Positions 54,136 through 64,000 of a DNA stretch of 64,000 nucleotides are shown piece by piece. Below the pieces are notes generated by a model. It was not told the origin of the DNA, searched no databases, and saw only the letters and a program-made list of their open reading frames with translations. Positions within the stretch are counted from its first letter, which is position 1, and each line of letters begins with the position of its first letter. The stretch covers positions 12,648,001 through 12,712,000 of the forward strand of contig CM022677.1 of assembly GCA_012295275.1 (NCBI GenBank), in the 5' to 3' direction. The stretch comes from Chrysomallon squamiferum. Its lineage: Eukaryota; Animalia; Mollusca. The translations under genes were made by a program, and so were the position numbers.

Positions 54136-55233
54136 TTAATATCTCTATGCACTATCACATTCATTTGAACTTACGTACAAAAAAGGCATTCCATAGCAGT
54201 GATGAATCTCCATTCCTCTTTCAGTGAAAAAAGTTAGAATAACCAAGCACCAATGATAAAAACAGTGCAAGCTGCTATGAAGTACAATGTGTACACTGGA
54301 TGTTCTGATCACATTGACATTTCAGACAGATTTTCTCTTGAAAGTGTTGTTCTTTCTCTGGACAGGGAAGACTGTGATGTAATAGCATTCTTGTGCTCTA
54401 GTGAACCTTTTCTGAAAATGTGTCTTACAACATTTTCAACTGAAATGCTGTATCAGGCAGCTTGAATCTGTTGTCTAGGATCCTACAACAAAACATAATA
54501 TTCATTAATAAAGTAAACATAAAATAAAGTGCAAGCAGTATTTTTGTTGTCAATATTTCACTGTCTTAGTAAGTAGAATTTTAGTCCACATTTTTATTTT
54601 TTCCAACTAATTTTAATAATAAAAATAATTTATTAAATGGTTTTATATTTTTAGTTTAATTTTATTTCTTGACTTTGACATAAAAGCATTAAAAGAGCAA
54701 TACTATTCTGTGCACAAAAATAAATTTTGCTACTTTTAATTAAATCCATCCTTAATCAAATGAGCTATAAAACACAAAAGTGAATGAATAAAACATACCT
54801 TTATAGGAGCATTCAATCCACACATAGACATGGATATTTTAGATCCTGGACAAAAAAAAATTAAACCCGTTCTTAATTAATAAAAATAAATAAAACAATA
54901 GTTATATAGATTATATTTTTAATCAAAAAAACAACAACACACACACAACAAACTACTACAACCTAAAAACAGCAAATAATACAACTTTCACCTTATAAAT
55001 TGTCTTCTTTAGTGTTGAAACACAATTAGAAAAGGAAAAGACAGTGTTAACTTACTTGGTCTCTTCAAGCTCTGTTTGATCTTTTTTTGTGTGATCGTTT
55101 AATGTTCCCAACACGAGTAACCATTACTTCCCACTAACACATGCATGGAAATCGCTCTGTGAAAATATATAATATTTATTAGTATATAAGGGTAAGCAGC
55201 AGCCAAGCTGGTCAAGAAGTCGCTATTACAAGG

Positions 55234-58200
55234 ATGTCAAATACACAGAATAACAAGATGTTCATCTGCACCATTTTATCAGTCAACACCAGTTCAACAG
55301 TGTCAGCAGTCACAGTATGGACAATATGGACAAACCTAATGATCCACAGTCAGCAGTCTGGTTTAATTTCACTAGTTGTGCACAGTCAAGATGTCAGTAT
55401 AAAATTAGATACTTTGACTAGAAAGGTAGCTATAATGTGTGATAAACTGGAAAAAGTGGACATGATCAAAAAACGTTTGAACAGTATGGATATAATTGTA
55501 CAAGATATCAGTGGTAAAGTACAAGATATGGAAAAGGTATGAATTACATTCACTAATAACAGTATGAAACTTCAAATATGTGAATTAGAAACTGAGTTTG
55601 GTAATTTAAGAGAAAAACACAATGACTTACAAACTCATGAAATGAGAGATAATAATAACAATATGAAACAACAAATATCTGAATTAGAAACTGAGTTTGG
55701 TAACTTAAGAGAAAAAAAGAAACTCGCTTCATGTGTGACAATTTAATCTTTAGTGGGAAACTAGAGGAAGGCACAGACAAGGAGTTGAAAAGTTTTATAA
55801 AAAATGAAATGAAAGTAGAAAATAATACTGACTTTGACAAGAATGAATCGAATGGGGAAGAAGTTTGATGGATACATAAGGCCTATTGTTGCAAAATTCA
55901 TTTTATATAAAGACATAGAAATACTGAGAAGAGCTGCACCCAAAACACTTATAAACAAACCACATGGGGTTAATGAACAATTAGTGAAAGAAATGAATGG
56001 CAGAAGAAAATTACTATATCCAAATTACAGCATAAAGGCAAGTGTAAAGACTGGTCTTAAATGGTAATAAACTGTATATCAAGGGCAGGCTGTTTACACT
56101 GGGAGAGGATGGGACAGAAGCCATATTAAAAGTAATAGAAATTAATGTGTGAGGTTTGGTAATTAAGCTTAAAGATACTCTGTTTCTTGAAACCATCATT
56201 AATATGATACCTTAATATTCTGTATTATAAAGTATATGCTAAAAACACAGTTTTTTTTATCTCAACATAAATATGGGGGTATAGTTGTATATATAAGAAC
56301 TTATCTACTAAAACATATAAATATTATGGAATCACAGTGTAAATGTATTATGTGGCTGGACACAGAAGGTGGGGTTTTACACACAGATGATACTATTTTA
56401 ATTGTATTGTACATATTCTACCAGAGAATTCATATTATTCATCATCTGAAGCTTTTGACCAGCTTGAAAATGTAAATTTATTTTGCGTTAATTTTGAAAA
56501 GCAGAAGCATTTGTTAATTGTAATACCCCAAAAATTACAAAATTCCAAGGAAACAGATGTTGACTCTGAATTTATAAATAATACAGTCTCTGATATAAAT
56601 GTTATATTTATAACTGTGCCAAAAAAAAAAAAAAAAAAAAACATTTGAAAAGAAACCACCTATAATAAAGAAACATCCTTACAATAAAGCCTGGTTTAAC
56701 GCAGCTTGTAAAGCTACAAAACAGGAAGTCAGGAAAGCCAGAAGAAGATATAAACAATATGGTTGAAGTACACTGAAAGCTGACTTGAAGTATAAACAAA
56801 CATTAAACAGAGCTGTTAGGGAATACAGAATATCTATTAAACAAAAACTGAAAATACTAAAAACTTCAAAATCAAAGAGTACCAGTCAGTTCTGAACAAC
56901 AAGCAGAGACGGTCAAAAGCCGATGTGTATCAACTGATTCTTTATTCCACTTTTTCAAAACTCTTAATAGTAATGTTGATAAAACTTTGCCTGATCATAT
57001 TACTAGAAGAAATACACACTCAAAGACAAGAAACTACTAATGACATTTTGAACAAAACTTTCAGCCAGGGAAAGAACTAGAGCAGTGAATTGACTCCATT
57101 GTAATTGATCAGGTTGAGAAGATTTTATTATTAATGAATATATTAAGCATACTGCTAATGTTATGTTACCTTTATACGTACCACTGTTTAATGTTATTCT
57201 TGACACAGCAATTACACCATCCTATTGGTATATAAAAATAAAGGAGCTTGAAATGACCCTGAAAATGATAGACCTATTACATTATTAAGCTGTTGAGGTA
57301 AATTATTTACATCTGTACTTAATTCTAGATGAAACAAGTATGCAGACCTGATTTTAGAAAAACAAGCTGGATTTCGTAAAAATGACAGACCTTATATTTT
57401 CTTTATACTCGCTAATTATTTTAATAAACAAATGTGAAAAGAAATCATATTGTGCTTTTATAAATTTTGAGAAAGTGTTTGGTAGTCTCTAGAAAATTGG
57501 ATTACTGTATAAGTTAATTAGATCTGGCATAAATCAAAAATGTTTTAATGTCTTAGTAAATATACTCTCCCAAAAAAGAAATGCAAAATGGTTGATTCCT
57601 TAGATAACTATTGTAAACTGACACATTCATGAATACACATATACAAACTATGAATATAATGTATAGCTTCTGTTACAGTTGCCAAAAAGCAGGTAACACA
57701 AAATAAAGGCTATGATCGTGTTTATTAGCCAAAATGGCCCCACATGCAAACCACATTATCTGTGCATGTGCACATGTGGCACATGAAACTTGAATATAAA
57801 AATTCAAGGTTTTCGAATACTTCTGTTCATTATTTTTGTTCTGACCAGACATCAAACAAATGTCACAACTGAGTGAACCACAACAAAACCATGCCATCGG
57901 CCGTTTACAAGCTGGTGAATCTTTCTCGGCCGTAGCCCAGATGTTCCATGTATCTCCGAGCACGATCTTGAGATTGTGATATCAGTTCCAGCAAGACCAA
58001 ACAACACGTGACCATCCCAGATCAGGTAGACCATGTGTAACTGCTACATAGATGGGAACATCGATGGGAAAGAACCACAATAGCAACCTCTACTGCTTCA
58101 ACAATACCCGTAAGAAGAGTGGTTTTGACTAACAACATCATCGCCTATGGCATCAGTAGTGTCTGACCTCAATTACGATGCAGAACTGTCTGGTTTAGTG

Positions 58201-59892
58201 ACGAGACTCAATTTCTGCTTCGTTGTGCTGATGGAAAATGAGTTTACAGACGTCGTGGAGAACGTTTTGCTGTAAACTGCATACAGGAAGCTGACAGATT
58301 TGGCGGTGGTAGTGTGATGGTGTGGGCAGCAATCTCATACACTGGCAGGACCAACCTGGTTCACATCCAAGGCAACTTAATAGCACAGAGATACTGAGCT
58401 GAAATTTTGAAACCACGTCACTCCAATTATGAATAATGGTAACACTGTATTCCAGCACGACATACAGCCAGAATCACAACAGCATACCTACACAACAATA
58501 ACATTCAGGTCCTGCCCTGGCCCTCTAAATCTCCGGATTTAAACCCTATAGAGCTCAGTTGGCATTATTACTACAGACAGAGTGGGCCACCATTCCACAA
58601 GGTGTAATTCATAATATCCTTACAGCCATGGGAAGGAGATGTCAGGCAGTTCTGGACTCCCATGGTGGGCACACAAGGCTTTGATATTACATTGATGTTT
58701 ATAAGCTTGAACATTAACCTTTTCAATGTAATGCAATCAATATTAATGAACTGCGAAAGTGTGTGTAAAATGTGAACATTCTGCTGCTTTCTGTTGATAG
58801 TTATTCCCAATGACAATAAAATCTACTTTTGCGTTTCTTTTTTGTATGAAGATACTAAGGCTAAAATTATAGTGAATGGTTTGTTATCTGATTGTTTTGA
58901 TTGTGAAATTGGTGCCAGGCAAAAAGAAAATCTCTCACCATTTTAATTTTCTGTTTTTCTAAATGGCTTAGAGGAATTTCTTATAGCTATTAAGGCACAG
59001 GGCAATTACAACAATGTTTAGTGAAGAATTTAATGTTTATTTAAAGCTTGTTATGCTACTGTATGCTGATGATACAATACTGTTAGCAGAATCACTAGAT
59101 GCTCTACAACATAATCTTAACTTTTTTTGCCAATTACTGCCAACAATGGAGACTTAAAGTTAATATAAATAGAACTAAAATAATGATTTTCAGTAAAAGG
59201 AGAAATACTAGTGATTATATATTTATATTTGATGGAGATTATTGATATAACTATAAAAACACTTTACGTGAATTGGTCTATTCACTTACAGTGTAAACTT
59301 ATATAATAAAGCAATGAAAGCTATGTACAGCCTAATACCTGAAAGTTGTCAGAATAATCTCTCTAATGACTGTATACCTGATTTATCTGACAAACTAATA
59401 CAGCCAATTTTATTGTATACTTGTGAAATATGGGATTTTACAAATATACAACTAATAGAAAGACATTTTAAAATCAATTAAAATTAGAAAACTAGCTTAC
59501 TTTGCTATCTCAAAAGAACGTGAAAGTCTTATGTAAATTTAGAACCATGATTAACTTCCTACTGAAACGGGTCTACTATTCTAAGAGAAAACAGAAAATG
59601 TCAAATCTGTAATCTTAACACAATTGGAGATGAATGTAATGATTCTATGTTATTAGAAAAGATTAATTAAATATATGAGGCAAATATAATTTCATGTAAT
59701 AATTTGTTTAACAGTAAAAATATATTTGTATTAAAAAAGCTATATTTGTTAATAAGAACTATATGTGAAAGAGTATGTCATACACCTTAAACTTCTAAAC
59801 ATGTGCATTTTGATTTTGTTATTATATGTCTGTAACACATTCTTCTCTGTAGTGTAATCTACAGTTTATGAGAATAAAGTCATTGTCACTGT
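55234..59892 (+). mobile_element. Near-full-length degenerate LINE (L2/CR1 group), intronic and antisense to the host pseudogene
   Basis: ORF1 coiled coil plus RMGKK..RPIVAKF..VNEQ..RRKLLYP; endonuclease start KVIEINV.GL at ~56127; RT motifs RPITLLSC.GKLFTSVLN, KQAGFRK, GARQKENLSP and LLYADDTILLAES (~59060); C-terminal LPTETG..CQICNLNTIGDE; AATAAA with CATTGT-like tail at ~59873-59892. Confidence 0.88.
57563..58843 (+). mobile_element. Tc1/mariner DNA transposon, copy 2 (defective), nested in the LINE RT
   Basis: TA followed by TACTCTCCCAAAAAAGAAATGCAAAA; clearly homologous to copy 1; WFSDE, FQHD and WPSKSPDLNPIE catalytic motifs; right TIR truncated. Confidence 0.92.
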
Positions 59893-61664
59893 ACAACTGA
59901 GTCTCATCTCCTTTAAAAACACACAATATATTTGTCCTGACTTTTATTTGTAGAATTCTCTGGTTATTAATTATTACTCCTTTTTATATTTATAAATAAA
60001 TAAATAAATAAAGTAAAAAGAATCATAGAATCAGAGTGTCATCTGGATATTATTTTTATAATTGCTGAGTCATTTCATGAGTTGTCTTAAATATTTTGCA
60101 CCAGAATTTTGAGAAAAACTGAAATAAAATGGAAAGGTTTTCAATGAATAATGTATTTAAATACCTGCTGGACAGCACCAAATACTTCAACTCTACTGGA
60201 GACTTGAGCTGCACTTTGCTCCAAAATGTCAATCTGAGTTTGTATTTAGAAACAATTTCTTGAATATTTTTATCCTTAACAAGCTGATTTAACTTCTGAA
60301 AATAAACAGTTTAAATCCGCAGTTTAGTATATTGGGTTCTTCAGTTCCTATAAATACATGATGAAAGCTCTGAATGCCATTCAGTAAATAATGACATTTC
60401 TTTGTTATAAAATGATTTAATAAATTAACATAGCATGAATCAATATAATTATAGTAAACTAAAAATTGAAATATAAACTTTTTAAATATTTTGTTTTGTA
60501 TTCTAATGAGATTTAAAGATGAAGTTACCAATTCATATTATTTACTGAAAGAAAATCTAAAGCTGGACAGATAACAAATGTGTCTAAAATAAACATGAAT
60601 TTTTTGATTACTACTTTGATTACTCTTAGTACAAATTTAAGCTAAAAAGAAATAAAACAGTGCTAAAAAGAAATAAAACACACACAGCTGTCACAGTCAT
60701 CTGTCAAGTGATTTCATTTTAATGTTTATCTTTGCCTGGTTTTAGCACGTTCAAGTTTTTCAAGTTTTTGACTGTTTGGATTGGTGATCTGGTGTAAGAC
60801 TCCAAGTTGATCAGATTTGTTGATGTGGTCGGCTTCAATATCCACGGCATGTCCAGGTCACCAAAACTGAGCTGTTCATCAGCAGAACTTTCACACAACT
60901 GAGTCGATGCTGACGTTGGACAAGAGACTGGACAACTCACTGGTCAAAGTGTGATTGGTGGGTGAAAATAAATAAATAAATAAAATACTGTATAAAATAT
61001 AAATAAAATATTGCTACTACTACATTTACTGAAACACTACTATTTTATTATCATCATTACTATTATTCCTTATTCAACTAGGGTTATTGTTATTGAAATA
61101 ATACTCCTATTACTAAAATTACTATCCATTAATAATATTTTTTTACTCTCTTCACTGTTATTCCTGTGCCTGTATTTCCTAATATTATTATAATTACTAC
61201 AACAATAACAATGACTACTGTTACTACTACTATCATTGATGTTACACTACTTCTTGTTACATTTATCATAACAATTTCTCTAGAAATAACTATTATTAGT
61301 ACTGTTACTACTACTACTACCACCACTACAACCAGTAATTAGACAGCAACCAGTTTTTTTTAATCACCATGAGCTCACAAGATTACTATTACAAAGCTAC
61401 TGAGATAGCATCATCAGCTAAAACATCATCAAGATCAATTTTGCAACATTACTACAACAAGTAGTTTATTATTAATGCTATAAGTACTAATGGTGTAACA
61501 TCTACATTACTACAACAATGACAATGACTAATAACAACAACCTCTATAAATGCGCCTGTTCTGCCATATTCTCTGATAACATTTCTACCCTGTGGTGATC
61601 TTCTGTTCAGAGCAGTTTCTGAAAAACAAGTCTTTTATTTATTTACCTTTGTAGTTATATCTGT

Positions 61665-61702
<38 letters not shown>

Positions 61703-64000
61703 TTTAGAATAATGAGATATATATAAGAAATTCACCTGTTCAGGTTTTCTTTTACAGTGGCAGCAGAACAAACTTTATCCTCAGTGCTGGACATACAAAT
61801 AAATAATTAATTGTTAGAAATAAATAACTAATGTTTCTGTTATTATTAAAATTTAAATTGTAATGGTACCAGTTACTTGATTATTCAGACACAAAGGGGT
61901 GTGGGATATTTTTGATGTCCTTTGTATAATCATTATAATGATAATGATGATAAGGGCAAAAATTTCAATAATTAACTAAACAATACCAAATAAATGATTA
62001 CTATATGCTATTTTACCCTCAGTAAAGAGTTGTTACGATAAAACTTACACATACACACACGTAAAAACTAATAAAAGAACATACCCTGACACTGTTGAGA
62101 GGTTTCTGAAAACATTCTAACACAGGCCTGACAGATCACTTGACACCAGACTGTTGATTCATATTATCATTAGTCTCTTGTATCCCTTCTCTGGAAAATG
62201 GACTGGATTTTTGTGATGATGAAGAAGGGGACAGGGACATGGATGCATTCATCACACTCTGAATTAGGTTCAGGACTAGCCTGGTCCTTCAAACGGTCAA
62301 TATGGAGAGACATCACTCTCATGAATGTTGCCTTACCAAGTCTCATCTTGTTCTGCTGCAGCTACAGCCTCTGTTTTCTTTATCTTCTCATCCAGCTTCA
62401 TTCTCAGAGCAGCAAGCTCAGACGTCACCTGCTGCTCAACTTCCTGGCTGTTGTATTTGCCACAGTCATGCAGAGCCATCGCTGTCATCTGCCAAATGGT
62501 TTTGTTTGGCAGCGTAGCAGATGAAGTGTTTTTACCAGCATCAGCTTGTTTTCACAGAACTGCAGACTTCAGTGGTGCTCCGCCCTTTCCTTCTTGTTCC
62601 TGTCTATGCTGAATATAAACCATCGATACATCCATATTACAGTATTCCAGCAGCACTTGCACTCTACACAGTGGTTCTGGTCAATGATTGTGTAGCTGGA
62701 TGAGAAATTTATAAAATGTTTCATTTGCATCTGATTTGTCATAGAAAAATTCTTTAAATTCATTTGGAACATTTTCTCCAGATGTCCTGGAAAACATCCC
62801 AAATAAACAAATATTAGTAATAATAAGATAAAAGATAATTGTATTAATATTTTACAGTGTCTACATATGAAATAACCTGGTCATATTTTTCTTAAATTTA
62901 TCTTTATTTGTTTTTATTGTTAACAGAGCTATACAGTTATTTAGCTTAAATAATGAAAGCATTTATGACTCCACCCATTATAACCTTTAATATGTTTAAA
63001 AAATAAATTAAATATGCTGAATAATGTATTGAGCATGAATTTAACATGAATATAAAAAAAATCCGAAAAAAACTGAGATAACAACATGTGAAACAAAATT
63101 AGCATATTTTTTAAAAATATTTGTATTAGTTTTTTTCAAAACAACAACAACAACAACAATCATAATAATAATAATAAATAAATAAATAAATAAATAAATC
63201 CTTTGACAGTCGACACATAGTTGTCGTGTGATGTGTGCTCCACAAGTCAATTTATTTTAAAACAAATTTAATTACTGGGCACACAAGATTTGTCCCCGAT
63301 ACAGTGATTGGTAAAACAAAATTAAAGACTAAACATGATTTCTTATTTATATGACGTTGTTTATGCTGTTCACATTAGTACAACCACTGGTGAATTTTAT
63401 TATTAATCGAGTGTCGTTATTTTCAACAACAAAAAAAAATGAAAATAAATAAATAAATAAATATTATTCCAAAATATGACTTTTAAATTATACTTAAATA
63501 AAACGAAAACTATCCAAACACATTAACAACTATAATAATAAATAGTAATACCTGTCTCCTTCACAAAATGAAATACATTGAGCAACTTTTTTGTTGCATG
63601 ATAATGCGATTATCCCAATTCTGTAGACTATTCTTCGAACATCCAACAGGAAACTAAATCCGCTAAGACCGAAATCATCCCGCATTTTTCTGCAAATAAG
63701 ATACTAAAAAAAAAATAATCAAAAAATTATTAAATTAATGTTCAAAACAAATAAAATAAAAAATTATAAATCGATGTGGTTTTTCTTTTATTTATTTATT
63801 TATTTATATTTTTTTATTATTAGCCAATCGTTCACCGTAAACTTCAAATAAACGGTGTTGTTATTTTTTTTAACCTACTTTTTCTTTCTTCTTATAATTA
63901 TGTTAATGCACCAAATAAAACTACAAAGCTTACAACTTACACTAGAATAAGTTGCTTATTATTGTCCAGGAATTTACCAATACATCTTAAAACATCTGCT

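Larger units (their letters stand above)
54176..63689 (-). pseudogene. Multi-exon pseudogene of an unidentified protein
   Basis: Exons 63552-63689 (MRDDFGLSGFSFLLDVRRIVYRIG..EGDR) spliced in phase to 62085-62786 (TSGENVPNEFKEFFYDK..LHNH*PEP..SAVL*KQ..ELAALRMKLDEKIKK, later frameshifts); small exons near 61736-61787, 61555-61618 and 60737-60940; ~60165-60233 (LTFWSKVQLKSPVELKYLVLSSR), ~55056-55156, ~54799-54845 and ~54176-54482 (DPRQQIQAA*YSISVENVVRHIFRKGS..MSM*SEHP). Confidence 0.6.

Noticed and set aside
62620-62786. Death-domain-like look of EFFYDKSDANETFYKFLIQLHN..VQVLLEYCNMD
   Set aside because: Lacks the conserved Trp and the upstream helices; cannot be supported without an HMM search.

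Overview
AT-rich, microsatellite-laden eukaryotic DNA from an invertebrate animal (mollusc-like TE content and GT-AG introns; the taxon is inferred, not shown). Only one coding region looks intact: the 3' end of an uncharacterised gene at 1-765 (+). The rest is decayed sequence. It holds two or three multi-exon minus-strand pseudogenes (an RNI-type LRR gene at ~8.6-15.8 kb, an unknown gene at ~16.1-32.3 kb and another at ~54.2-63.7 kb) that keep splice sites and exon phases but carry stops, often TGA where Arg fits, plus frameshifts. There is also an intronless, disabled prolyl 4-hydroxylase alpha copy (42.2-43.7 kb). Transposon remnants include a Gypsy, a Copia-order element, three FLYWCH/MULE fragments, two Tc1 copies, an L2/CR1-group LINE and a PHD-finger fragment, alongside minisatellites and a degenerate CCCTAA array. 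CpG content looks mosaic by eye and is lowest over the pseudogene bodies. I found no convincing new multi-gene system. The best leads are the orphan gene at the left edge and the region-wide gene decay. All exon chains and motif matches were read by eye without database searches.
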